IMG/VR virus record: IMGVR_UViG_3300017766_003758 | Coordinates: 1-49,858 of that record | Source: a virus | Taxonomy: Duplodnaviria > Caudoviricetes | Length of the DNA: 49,858 nucleotides | Strand: one strand, 5' to 3' | Shown here: in pieces, positions 1 through 8,923 of the stretch | Layout of the letters: the number at the start of each line of letters is the position of its first letter | How positions within the stretch are numbered: the stretch's first letter is position 1 | Translations under genes and position numbers: made by a program | The notes under the pieces: generated by a model | What the model was told of the DNA's origin: nothing | Database searches by the model: none | The model's input: the letters and a program-made list of their open reading frames with translations, nothing else

Positions 1-714
1 ATGAGTGGCGCAGGTGTGAGCGGGCTTTCCGGGGCAGGTGCGCTCACGTTCGGGGGGCTGCAGATCAGCGGCGCCGGAGCGAAGGGGGCAGTAGGGGCCG
101 GGACGCTCACGTTCGGGGCGCTGCAGCTAAGTGGTGTGGGCGCGCGGGGCGCAGCAGGCACGGGCTCATTGGTGCTCGGCGCGCTGCAGATCAACGGCAC
201 TGGCGTAAAGACCTCGGTGGGCGTGGGCGCCATTCTGCTGCCCGCGCTGCAGGTGGCCGGCGCGGGCGGGGTAGCCGCGGGCGTCACTGGCGCCGGCACA
301 CTGGTTTTCTCGGCCTTCCAGGTAAGTGGTGGCGTCGCGCCTCCGCCTGACGTTTACCAGTATAGGAACGGCACCGCGTATGACTCTTTGGGGCGCATGA
401 TGGTGCTGTACCTGGAACCATGGGAACCTCTGCCCGGCAACGAGGTGTACATCATGGGCATCGCGCACGGCCCCTTCGGGCAGCGGTACGTCACCGTGTG
501 GCCCGCGACCGTAGCGTACAAGGACGGCTTCGCTTTTCGGGCGGATGGTGTGCAGCTGATCTGGCCAGACGGGGACCCGGTGGGCGCCTTGGCCGGGCTG
601 CCGGTCACCGATCTGGGCGAGTTGGCAGTGTCTGACTTGACGCCCGTGCGCTGGGTGGAGGGCGTTGGCATAGACGCTGCCGGGCGGCTCACCATAAACG
701 ATATAGGCGCTTGA
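1..714 (+). CDS. 3' part of Gly-rich 21-aa-repeat virion/fibre protein (5' part at 49552-49858)
   Basis: Same GAGxxGxxGAGALTFGGLQIS repeat and reading phase as the ORF running off the right end; repeats degenerate, then a non-repetitive C-terminal domain. Confidence 0.75.
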   Translation: MSGAGVSGLSGAGALTFGGLQISGAGAKGAVGAGTLTFGALQLSGVGARGAAGTGSLVLGALQINGTGVKTSVGVGAILLPALQVAGAGGVAAGVTGAGTLVFSAFQVSGGVAPPPDVYQYRNGTAYDSLGRMMVLYLEPWEPLPGNEVYIMGIAHGPFGQRYVTVWPATVAYKDGFAFRADGVQLIWPDGDPVGALAGLPVTDLGELAVSDLTPVRWVEGVGIDAAGRLTINDIGA

Positions 715-718
715 GCAG

Positions 719-1012
719 ATGGCCCTGACCCCAGAAGCCACCAAGGCGTGGGTGGAAGCGTTCGGGGGCCGCCGCTTCCTGCTGACCATTGGCAACGCCA
801 TCGTGAACACGGCGCTGCTCTGGTGCGGCCGCCTGGACGCGGGCTCCTACGTGACGATTGTGACCCTGACCACCGGGGCGTACATCGCCGCGGGTACGTG
901 GCAGAAGGGCCGGGACGACCGGCGCAACGACCACGGCGGGCGCGACTATGGCCGGGATGACGATGAGGATGACAGCTGGACCCGGCGAAACCCGAACCGC
1001 GGCAGGGGTTGA
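719..1012 (+). CDS. Small membrane protein, possible holin
   Basis: Two hydrophobic segments followed by a highly charged C-terminal tail, a typical holin layout. Confidence 0.5.
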   Translation: MALTPEATKAWVEAFGGRRFLLTIGNAIVNTALLWCGRLDAGSYVTIVTLTTGAYIAAGTWQKGRDDRRNDHGGRDYGRDDDEDDSWTRRNPNRGRG

Positions 1013-1043
1013 CCCCCACGGGCACCCGTGGCAGGATGCCCGA

Positions 1044-1283
1044 ATGAATTGGTGGGCAGCGCTTCTAGTCTTCGTAGCTATGGTCCTGTCCGACATCGCC
1101 TACGCCCGATACACGATCGACGCCGTAGCCCGCCGGGCGCACTGGGCCTCGATGTGGGCCGCAGCGATCATCGCCATGAGCGGCGTGGTCGTCATGGGAT
1201 ACACGCAAGACAAGCGCCTGCTGTTTTTCGCTGTTGCCGGCGCCTACGTAGGCACGTTCCTTGCTGTACGGAGAAAACCTTGA
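1044..1283 (+). CDS. Small multi-pass membrane protein
   Basis: MNWWAALLVFVAMVL...; about 3 hydrophobic helices; stop overlaps next start. Confidence 0.65.
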   Translation: MNWWAALLVFVAMVLSDIAYARYTIDAVARRAHWASMWAAAIIAMSGVVVMGYTQDKRLLFFAVAGAYVGTFLAVRRKP

Positions 1284-1783
1284 CGACAATTGCTTGGGAT
1301 GGCCGGCGCATAGCCGCTGACAGTCAGGTCACCTACGAAGGTGAAGCCAGTGGCCATCGCAAGCACAAGTGTGCGACCAAGCTGTTCCGCAAGATCGTCG
1401 TCGTGGACGGCGATGCGGAAGAAGTGATCATCGCCACCCAGGGCGACGCCTCGGCCGCGAACCTGTTCGTCAAGTGGTTCGACGGCACCGAGAAGGAAGC
1501 CCCCGAGATTTTTGCCTACGACCCGCCGGACTTCACGTGCCTCGTGTGGTTCAAGCATGGACTGTACGAGTACGACGCGTATTGCGTCGGGGAGAAGGTC
1601 TGCGAGCCGTTCTATGCCATCGGGTCCGGCTCCAAGGCCGCGCTCGGTGCCATGCACATGGGCGCTGACGCGCTCAAGGCTGTCCAGGTGGCAGCTGAAA
1701 TCGACCCGTACACATCGGGCCCGTTCTATGCCGAAGCACTAGGAGAAACTGATGCCCTCGAAGACGACGAAGACGCTGGCTGA
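1280..1783 (+). CDS. HslV/proteasome-beta-like Ntn-hydrolase (Thr peptidase)
   Basis: TTG start after GGAGA; N-terminal TTIAWDG, AADSQ, conserved K, FYAIGSGS.AALGAM and DPYTSG motifs of the HslV/beta-subunit fold. Confidence 0.8.
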   Translation: MTTIAWDGRRIAADSQVTYEGEASGHRKHKCATKLFRKIVVVDGDAEEVIIATQGDASAANLFVKWFDGTEKEAPEIFAYDPPDFTCLVWFKHGLYEYDAYCVGEKVCEPFYAIGSGSKAALGAMHMGADALKAVQVAAEIDPYTSGPFYAEALGETDALEDDEDAG

Positions 1784-2051
1784 TTTCCGCTCGAAGTTCG
1801 ACCGCTCGGTGGTCATCCCCGACAAGATCCGCGCCGCGCTCGCTGCGCTGGCGAAGGAAGGCCCGGAGGCGTGGGAGTACGAAGGCGAATTCATCAAGCG
1901 CGCCATGATTTCGCAGTCCGACATGGGGCTGTACCGCTCCGGCTTCGAGGAGCACGTGGTAGTCGTCAAGGACATTGGTCGCAGCACCAGCGGCAACGGT
2001 CGCAAGGTGTGGTTTGCTGACAAGAAAGTGGCCGCCAAGGCCAGGAGCTGA
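1752..2051 (+). CDS. Hypothetical protein (99 aa)
   Basis: AGGAG RBS, phage-like codon usage, tightly packed with neighbours. Confidence 0.75.
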   Translation: MPSKTTKTLADFRSKFDRSVVIPDKIRAALAALAKEGPEAWEYEGEFIKRAMISQSDMGLYRSGFEEHVVVVKDIGRSTSGNGRKVWFADKKVAAKARS

Positions 2052-2053
2052 TC

Positions 2054-3127
2054 ATGGCCAAGAAAGGGCTGTCTGACTTCAAGAAACTGCACGATTCGCA
2101 GACCGTCATCGCGGACTTGCGTCGCGAGCTGGCTGACGCGCGCACCACTGCCGACACGGCCGAGGCGCTGCGCGAGTACATCGGCACGGCGAAGCTCGAG
2201 GTTGCCACGCTGGATCTGCCGAAGTGGGTATCAGCCCCCAAGGCGGCCAAGGCCCCCGGCGTACCGAAGCTCATGCTGTCCGACCTGCACTGGGGCGAGA
2301 GCGTGCGACCCGAGCAGATCGGCGGTGTCAACGCCTACAACCTGGCCATCGCACGCAAGCGCCTCAAGGCCACGATCGAGACGACGATCGACCTGTGCCG
2401 GATCCTGTCGCCCGACATGAAGTACCCCGGCATCGTGCTCCCGCTCGGCGGCGACATGATCTCGGGCAACATCCACGACGAGCTGGCTGCATCGAACGAG
2501 CTGAACACGATGCCCACGCTGCTGGATCTGTACCGGCAGCTCGTGCCGGCCATCCGGCTGATGGCTGACACGTTCGGCAACGTGTTCCTCCCCTGCGTCT
2601 CAGGAAACCACGACCGTGACACCAAGAAAATCTGGTCAAAAGACCGCAACCACACCTCGTTCGGTTGGCTCCTCTACCAGTTCCTTGCGGCGGCTTTTGA
2701 GGACGATAAGCGCGTCACGTTCTACATCCCCGATGGCTCGGACGCTCTATACCGGATATACGGTACGCGATACCTGCTTACCCACGGGGACCAGTTCCGT
2801 GGTGGAGACGGCATCATTGGCCCGCTCGGCCCTGTGACCCGCGGCGAGCAGAAAAAGAACACACGCAACGCGGCCGTCGGCCAAGACTATGACGTGATGG
2901 AGTTCGGCCACTTCCACAAGCGCATGATCACCGCGCGCCTGCGCGGCAACGGCAGCCTGAAGGGGTATGACGAGTACGCCGCCGACAACAACTTCGGCTT
3001 CGAGCCCCCGAGCCAGAACTTCTTCGTCACGCACCCGGACCACGGCATCACGTTCGATGCGCCGATCTATTGCGAGAAATCGAAGAAAGCTGTCGCCAGC
3101 GTTGACTGGGTGAGTGTGCCGAAATGA
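2054..3127 (+). CDS. Calcineurin-like metallophosphoesterase/nuclease with N-terminal coiled coil
   Basis: Motifs SDLHWG, GGDMISG, GNHDR, THGD, GHFH, NGSLKGYDEY. Confidence 0.88.
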   Translation: MAKKGLSDFKKLHDSQTVIADLRRELADARTTADTAEALREYIGTAKLEVATLDLPKWVSAPKAAKAPGVPKLMLSDLHWGESVRPEQIGGVNAYNLAIARKRLKATIETTIDLCRILSPDMKYPGIVLPLGGDMISGNIHDELAASNELNTMPTLLDLYRQLVPAIRLMADTFGNVFLPCVSGNHDRDTKKIWSKDRNHTSFGWLLYQFLAAAFEDDKRVTFYIPDGSDALYRIYGTRYLLTHGDQFRGGDGIIGPLGPVTRGEQKKNTRNAAVGQDYDVMEFGHFHKRMITARLRGNGSLKGYDEYAADNNFGFEPPSQNFFVTHPDHGITFDAPIYCEKSKKAVASVDWVSVPK

Positions 3128-3639
3128 ACATCCTGTCCCTGGCAGGAACCGCGCGCACGTTTGCCATGAACTTCTGGCCGTGGCTGCTGGGCGCGTTTCT
3201 TGCCGGGGCGGCAGTAGGCTCCGTGCCGACGTTCCTCGTGACACGCGCCATCTACCAGCGCGCCACGCTGAAGGCGGAGTTGAATCTGTCCAACTTCGAG
3301 AAGGCGCTGGCCGACGAGCGAGTTGACGCCAAGGACCGCGAGGCCCGCATAATGCAGGCCGCCAAGGAGCAGTACGATGCACAAACGACTTCCATTGCTG
3401 GTGTTGCTGATGAGCTGCGCCGCCTTTCTGCCGGCGTGCGCGTCTGCACGCAAGTCAGTACGATGCGACTTCCCGCAGCCCCCGCTGGACCTGCCCAGCC
3501 GGTTGAAGGTGGAGAGCCAAGACCAGCTGATGTTGTTCTACAAGAGCTTGCAGCCGAGTTCGCCAAGCGAGCCGACCTCAACGCCGCAGCCTTCAACTCC
3601 CTGATGGATCGCTGGGAAAAGCTGGCAGCTCCGCAGTGA
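3124..3639 (+). CDS. Rz: Rz-like inner-membrane spanin
   Basis: N-terminal TM helix, long coiled coil, single Cys, embedded lipoprotein ORF. Confidence 0.75.
   Translation: MNILSLAGTARTFAMNFWPWLLGAFLAGAAVGSVPTFLVTRAIYQRATLKAELNLSNFEKALADERVDAKDREARIMQAAKEQYDAQTTSIAGVADELRRLSAGVRVCTQVSTMRLPAAPAGPAQPVEGGEPRPADVVLQELAAEFAKRADLNAAAFNSLMDRWEKLAAPQ
3377..3604 (+). CDS. Rz1: Rz1-like outer-membrane lipoprotein spanin, embedded in Rz in the +1 frame
   Basis: AAGGAG RBS; basic N-terminus, hydrophobic core and lipobox-like LPAC; Pro-rich mature part with a further Cys. Confidence 0.72.
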   Translation: MHKRLPLLVLLMSCAAFLPACASARKSVRCDFPQPPLDLPSRLKVESQDQLMLFYKSLQPSSPSEPTSTPQPSTP

Positions 3640-5207
3640 GCAGCGAACGCAAGCGCGTCGCCCGCGAGTTGCTGCGGCGCCTGCGCTGCCAGACGAGCCT
3701 GCACAGCTTCATGCTGAACATCGACGTGCCGCGCTCGCCCACGCCCGCGTTGAACCCCGACGAGGATCTGCTGGGCCCTGCCGCGTCTCTGATGCCGGTG
3801 CATTTCTCCAAGATCCTCGAGGTGGCCCAGCGCACGATGAACCGCACGAGCGGGCGCGCGATCATTCAGGCCCCGCCAGGCAGCGCCAAATCGACGCTGA
3901 TGGACGCCGTTGCCGTGCCGTGGGAAATGGGGCGCAAGCCCGGCAGCCGCATCCTGCTGCTGTCCTACGCCAGCGAGGTGGCCGAGCGCCAGTCGCGCCT
4001 GGCGCAGAACGTGGTGCAGCAACCCGAGTACCAGATCATGTGGCCCGAGCAGCCGAAGCTGATGAAGGACGCGGCCGGCGAGTGGGCCATGTCCAACGGC
4101 TCCGAGCTGGCCGCGCTGGGCTTGCTCGGCTCGGTCACCTCGCGCCGCGCCTCGGGCATCGTCATTGACGACCCGGTAGCAGGCCGCGAGGAAGCGGACT
4201 CGGAGCTGCAGCGCGCCCGCACGCTCAACGCCTACCACGACGACGTGCTGACCCGCATGCTGCCCGGCGGCTGGCTCATAATGATCCTGACCCGATGGTC
4301 TGAGCAGGACCTGGCCGGCTCGATCCTGCCCGAAGACTACGATGGCCGCAGTGGCATGGTGAAAGGGCGCGACGGCCTCGACTGGGAGGTGCTGAACCTG
4401 CCGGCGAAGTGCGAGCGCGATGATGACCCGCTGGGCCGCAAGCCCGGGGAATACATCTGGCCGGAGTGGTTCCCGACGACGCACTGGAAGCAGTTCGAGG
4501 AGGCCACAGGGCCCGAATCGGCGCGCACGTGGTCAAGCCTCTACCAGCAGCGCCCGACGCCCCAGGGGGGCGGCAGGCTCGACGAGAAGGCCATTGACTA
4601 CTACAAGCCCGGCACCCAGCCGCCGATCCTGTCCTTCGTCGGCGCGGGCGACTACGCCGTGAGCGCCGGCAAGAACGATTTCACCGAGCTAGGCGTGTTC
4701 GGGATCGACACGAAAGGCGACCTATGGGAAGTGGACTGGTGGAGCGAGCAGAGCGACACCGGGAAAAGCACCGAACAGACGCTGGATATGGTCGCCCGCT
4801 GGAAAATACCGATGTGGTTCAACGAAGGCGGCGTCATTGACAAGTCAATGGGCCCGCTGATGAACATGCGGATGCGCGAGCGTCAGGTTTTCACTGACCG
4901 GCGCACGCTCACCTCGATGAGCGACAAGTTGGCCAAGTGCCAGGCGTTCATCGCGCGCTGCAACGCGGGCACCGTGCACTTTCGGGACAACGCCAACAGC
5001 CGCCGCGTGGTGGCGCAGATCGCTGCACTGCCCGCCGGGCGCTATGACGACGCCGCGGACGTGTGCGGGCTCGTCGGGCGGGCTATAGACCAGTTCCCGA
5101 TCACCCGGGAGGCGCGAATTGTGCCACCCGAGAAACCAATGAAGCCGTTTTCGGTCAAGTGGCTCACCCACGAGCGCCCCAAGGCCGACAAGGTGCGCTA
5201 CTTTTGA
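3636..5207 (+). CDS. terL: Terminase large subunit
   Basis: Walker A APPGSAKST, Walker B IVIDDP, motif III LTRW..QDLAG, YQQRP, nuclease DYA...RYDDAAD. Confidence 0.95.
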   Translation: MSSERKRVARELLRRLRCQTSLHSFMLNIDVPRSPTPALNPDEDLLGPAASLMPVHFSKILEVAQRTMNRTSGRAIIQAPPGSAKSTLMDAVAVPWEMGRKPGSRILLLSYASEVAERQSRLAQNVVQQPEYQIMWPEQPKLMKDAAGEWAMSNGSELAALGLLGSVTSRRASGIVIDDPVAGREEADSELQRARTLNAYHDDVLTRMLPGGWLIMILTRWSEQDLAGSILPEDYDGRSGMVKGRDGLDWEVLNLPAKCERDDDPLGRKPGEYIWPEWFPTTHWKQFEEATGPESARTWSSLYQQRPTPQGGGRLDEKAIDYYKPGTQPPILSFVGAGDYAVSAGKNDFTELGVFGIDTKGDLWEVDWWSEQSDTGKSTEQTLDMVARWKIPMWFNEGGVIDKSMGPLMNMRMRERQVFTDRRTLTSMSDKLAKCQAFIARCNAGTVHFRDNANSRRVVAQIAALPAGRYDDAADVCGLVGRAIDQFPITREARIVPPEKPMKPFSVKWLTHERPKADKVRYF

Positions 5208-5232
5208 CACTTGACATGCGTAAAAGTATGCT
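5204..5232 (+). promoter_or_regulatory. Sigma70-type promoter
   Basis: TTGACA (5204-5209), 17-bp spacer, TATGCT (5227-5232). Confidence 0.7.
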
Positions 5233-5239
5233 TCCCAGA

Positions 5240-5470
5240 ATGAGAATCCTCGCCATTCGACTCGCCCTCATCATCTTCGTGGCCTACATCTCGGTGTTCT
5301 GGCTTGCGTTGGTGTTTGGGACTGCCATTTGGGAGGTTTTGCACGGGCGCAACCCCAGTGACGAGCTGGCCACCCTATGGCATGAAACCTTTGATGGCCT
5401 GATGGTCTTGACAGCGGCGTTCCGCGACCCGTTGGCCACGACCGGCGAGGAAGATACCCATGGCGTCTGA
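5240..5470 (+). CDS. Small membrane protein, possibly leaderless
   Basis: ATG lies at the predicted transcription start; long hydrophobic N-terminal segment; fills the terL-portal gap. Confidence 0.55.
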   Translation: MRILAIRLALIIFVAYISVFWLALVFGTAIWEVLHGRNPSDELATLWHETFDGLMVLTAAFRDPLATTGEEDTHGV

Positions 5471-7598
5471 GATCAGCACCCCCGTCGATGTCGTTGCCCA
5501 GGAAATTGCCGCCGTCGGGCTGCCCGAGGACGAAAAGCAAGCCCGGCTGCAGGAAGAAACCCTAGTCCGTGCATTTTTCAAGCAATTCGACGACGATCAG
5601 AAATTCGACAGGCCCATCCGCGACCAGATTCGCAAGGATCGCAACTACGCGAGCGGCGAAACGCAGGCCAACTGGGCCGTAAGCACCAACCTGGTGGGCT
5701 CGGCTATCGACGTGCTGGTGGCCACGCTGTACGCGCGCGACCCGGACATGAGCGCGCGCCCGGCCGCCCAAGTTGACCCGCCGCCGGACCCGGTGACGGG
5801 CGTTGCGCCGCCGCAGCCCGAGCGCCAGCAGAACCAGGATCTGGCCAAGAGCATCGAGATCGTCGGCTCCCGCCTGTGGAAGAAAGGCAAGCTCAAGCCC
5901 CGTATGCGCCGCGTGCTGCGCTCGGTGCTGTCCTCCAGCCACGGCTGGCTGAAGGTGCTTCCGGTCACGAACAGGGAGCCGGACCCGCTGGCGCAGAACG
6001 AATACAACACGCTGCAGGCCAATTTGGCTTCCGTAGCGGCGCAGATCGAAGCCATTGAGTCCGGGCAGACGTTGGACGGCCAGACCGCCAGCGCGGATGA
6101 CCTGACGGTGCAGAAGGCCAATCTGGAAACCGCCATGGCGGCGCTGTCCGGGCGCCTCGAGGTGGATGTTTGCTACGGCCTCACCTTTGACGTAGTGAAG
6201 CCGGAGAACATGCAGGTTGGCACGGATGTTGAACTGCTCGAGGAATACCTCGACGCGGACAGCCTCACCGAGCTGATGTACTTCCCGCACGACCAGCTGC
6301 GGGAAAAGTTCCCAGACCTGACCGAAGAAGACCTGAAGGGCGCGGACAAGTTCTACCGCAAGACCCCGGCCAACGCCAACAAGGGCGAGGGTCAGGCGAT
6401 GGAAGGGGAAATGATCGCGCGGATGTACCCGAAGGGTGACATTTCCAGCGAGCAGTACACCTCGATAAACCCGGAAGACGGCGCCCGCCCGCTGGCGCTG
6501 GTGCTGGAAAAGTGGAACAAGCTTGATAACCACGTCTACACGGCCATCAAGGGCGTGCGGGTGTGGGCGCGCAAGCCGTACCAGCCCAGCTTCGCATCCA
6601 GCCGCTGGTACCCGTACTTCTATTTCTCGCTGTACGAAGTGGACGGCTCACGCTGCCCGCAGTCGCTGTCCTCGCGCCTGTCGAAGCTGCAGGACGAGTA
6701 CGCCAGCGTGCGCAGCAACCTGCGCCTGACGCGCCGCCGGTCGATCCCGGGCAACATCGTGGATGCCTCGGCGCTGAGCGACGAGGAACTGCAGAAGCTC
6801 GGCGAGGGCGTCATTGCCGAGATCACGCCGCTGCGCGCAACCGTGCCGGGCACCGATTTCACCAAGCTGTTCGCTGCCAAGCCGGTGCCGAACATTGACC
6901 TGCGCCTGTATGACACGACTCCGATCGTCATGGACATCGAGCGCACCGCCGGCATCCAGGAAGCCAACCAGGCTGCCACCGCGTCCGGCGTCACCGCGAC
7001 GCAGGCGCAGATCCAGCAGTCGGGCTTCAACTCGCGCACGGAGACGGCGCGCGACGTGATCGAGACGGTGCTGACGGATCTGGCGCAGTACACCGCCGAG
7101 GTGGCCTTGCAGAAGATCCCGCAGAGCGTTGCAGCCCAGATCGCCGGCCCCGCGGTGTTCTGGCCGCACGGCATGCCGCTCGAGGACCTGATGCAGCTGG
7201 TGGAAGTGGACATCGCTGCCGGCACGACCGGAAAGCCGAAGAACGCCAACGACCGCGAGGCGTGGGGCGTCATCCTGCCGCAGCTGAAGGAAACCGTGCA
7301 GCTGATCTTCGAGCTGCAGCAGAACCCGCAGACCCTCCCGCTGGCAGTCGCGCTCTCCGAGCAGATCCGCGAGACGATGCGGCGATTCGGCGACGAGACC
7401 GACGTGAGCCGCTTCCTGCCGGCCATGCCAACGGTCCCGATGCCGCCCATGATGCCCGGCATGACCCCCGGCGCTGCCCCACCCGGTGGAGCACCGCCCG
7501 AGGCTGCGCCTCCCGGCGTCGCCACCCCCGCTCCGACTCCAGGGCCCCCGGCCCTCATCCCCGAGGCGAAAGCCGAAGGGTTCTTTGGCCCCACGTGA
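5460..7598 (+). CDS. Portal protein
   Basis: 712 aa just after terL; TAT.A.I helix motif and Pro-rich tail typical of P22-like portals. Confidence 0.85.
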   Translation: MASEISTPVDVVAQEIAAVGLPEDEKQARLQEETLVRAFFKQFDDDQKFDRPIRDQIRKDRNYASGETQANWAVSTNLVGSAIDVLVATLYARDPDMSARPAAQVDPPPDPVTGVAPPQPERQQNQDLAKSIEIVGSRLWKKGKLKPRMRRVLRSVLSSSHGWLKVLPVTNREPDPLAQNEYNTLQANLASVAAQIEAIESGQTLDGQTASADDLTVQKANLETAMAALSGRLEVDVCYGLTFDVVKPENMQVGTDVELLEEYLDADSLTELMYFPHDQLREKFPDLTEEDLKGADKFYRKTPANANKGEGQAMEGEMIARMYPKGDISSEQYTSINPEDGARPLALVLEKWNKLDNHVYTAIKGVRVWARKPYQPSFASSRWYPYFYFSLYEVDGSRCPQSLSSRLSKLQDEYASVRSNLRLTRRRSIPGNIVDASALSDEELQKLGEGVIAEITPLRATVPGTDFTKLFAAKPVPNIDLRLYDTTPIVMDIERTAGIQEANQAATASGVTATQAQIQQSGFNSRTETARDVIETVLTDLAQYTAEVALQKIPQSVAAQIAGPAVFWPHGMPLEDLMQLVEVDIAAGTTGKPKNANDREAWGVILPQLKETVQLIFELQQNPQTLPLAVALSEQIRETMRRFGDETDVSRFLPAMPTVPMPPMMPGMTPGAAPPGGAPPEAAPPGVATPAPTPGPPALIPEAKAEGFFGPT

Positions 7599-7604
7599 GG
7601 ATTT

Positions 7605-8690
7605 ATGTCTACACCGATTGAAGCGATGACTGCTGCTATCAATGGCACCGCGCCCGCGGAAGCCCCCGTCGTCACCGAGACGCCGGAGACGCCCGAGGTT
7701 GTTGCGCAGGAAGCGCCCGTTGAGGCTGCCAAGCCCGACATCATTGGTGCGGATCCGGCCGAGGCCACAACGCCCCAGCTGGACGCTGACGGCCGCATGC
7801 GCGGCCCGGATGGCAAGTTCATCGCGGCTGAGCCGAAGGCCGACGGCGAGAAACCCGCCGAAGCGGCCAAGCCGGTCGAAGCGGCCAAGCCCGAAGTGCC
7901 GAAGGTCATTGACCCGATCAATGACCCGATTCCCGAGAACGCAAAGCCGGCGACGCGCGAGCGCATCACCACGCTGGTCGAGACGGTCAAGGCCAAGGAT
8001 GCCGAGGTCGCTGCTGTCCGCGATGATTTTGAAATGGTCATGGCCCCCATTCGCGAGTCCGGCGCCACGCCGGACCAGTTCCGTGAATCCATGACGCTGC
8101 TGAAGCTGCTCAACAGCCAGAACCTGTCCGACCAGCAGCAGGCATTGAAATACCTGCAGAGCGTCGGCGCCGAGTTGGCGCAGCGCCTCGGCGTTGTGCC
8201 CCCGGGCGCGGACCCGTTGCAGGGCTTCGAAGATCTGCAGCTGGAGGTCGGGAAGAACCCGTCGCTGCGCAAGTGGGCCGAGGAAGTGGCCAACAGCCGC
8301 CGCCTGCGGGACGCTACGCAGCGCCACCAGGAAGTCCAGACGCAGCGCAGCCAGCAGACGCAGGCGCAGCAGCGCGAGGCGCAGGCGGGCCAGGCGCAGG
8401 TTCGCGCCGTGGAAGCCACCCTCGAAGCAACGGATCCGAACTACAAGGCCAAGGTTGCTGCCCTTCGCAGTGACGCGGGCTTCGTGGCCCGCCTCAAGTC
8501 GATGCCGCCGTCTCAGTGGGCGGGCGCGTTCGCCGAGGGTTATCGGAACGTCAAGATCGCGGCTCCGGCGGCCAAGCCAGCTGCCGCCGCCTCCCCGGCG
8601 CCGCTGCGCGCGAAGCAGCCCGCGGGGCAGACGACTCGCCCGGCCGCGTCCTCGTTGGAAGCGGTTTCGGCCGCCATCAGGGGGGTATGA
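7605..8690 (+). CDS. Capsid scaffolding protein
   Basis: Follows portal; acidic Ala/Pro/Glu-rich N-terminus with RGPDGKF motif, Gln-rich coiled coil. Confidence 0.7.
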   Translation: MSTPIEAMTAAINGTAPAEAPVVTETPETPEVVAQEAPVEAAKPDIIGADPAEATTPQLDADGRMRGPDGKFIAAEPKADGEKPAEAAKPVEAAKPEVPKVIDPINDPIPENAKPATRERITTLVETVKAKDAEVAAVRDDFEMVMAPIRESGATPDQFRESMTLLKLLNSQNLSDQQQALKYLQSVGAELAQRLGVVPPGADPLQGFEDLQLEVGKNPSLRKWAEEVANSRRLRDATQRHQEVQTQRSQQTQAQQREAQAGQAQVRAVEATLEATDPNYKAKVAALRSDAGFVARLKSMPPSQWAGAFAEGYRNVKIAAPAAKPAAAASPAPLRAKQPAGQTTRPAASSLEAVSAAIRGV

Positions 8691-8923
8691 TGGAAGTATT
8701 GCCCCCGATGTTCTGGCTTGCGATGGCCGGCAATTGGGCCGCTGTCATCGTAGGTGTCGCGATGGTTAAGCGCGACATTCACTGGATTTCGCAGTGGTGC
8801 AGGGAGCATCAGGCGCGGGATGACGAGCAGTTCAAGAAATTGGAGGCTCATCAAGCCGCGTGGGAACGTGAGACACGCGACTCGCTGAACATGATCCTGC
8901 AGAAGCGCGGGATCGACCGATGA
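8687..8923 (+). CDS. Putative holin (one TM helix plus coiled coil)
   Basis: ATGA overlaps at both ends; hydrophobic N-terminus; immediately before endolysin. Confidence 0.6.
   Translation: MMEVLPPMFWLAMAGNWAAVIVGVAMVKRDIHWISQWCREHQARDDEQFKKLEAHQAAWERETRDSLNMILQKRGIDR

Noticed and set aside
1-67. Terminal match read as a true direct terminal repeat, and ATG at position 1 as a real start
   Set aside because: The match lies within a tandem repeat mid-gene; other copies read ATC at that codon, so this is an assembly break
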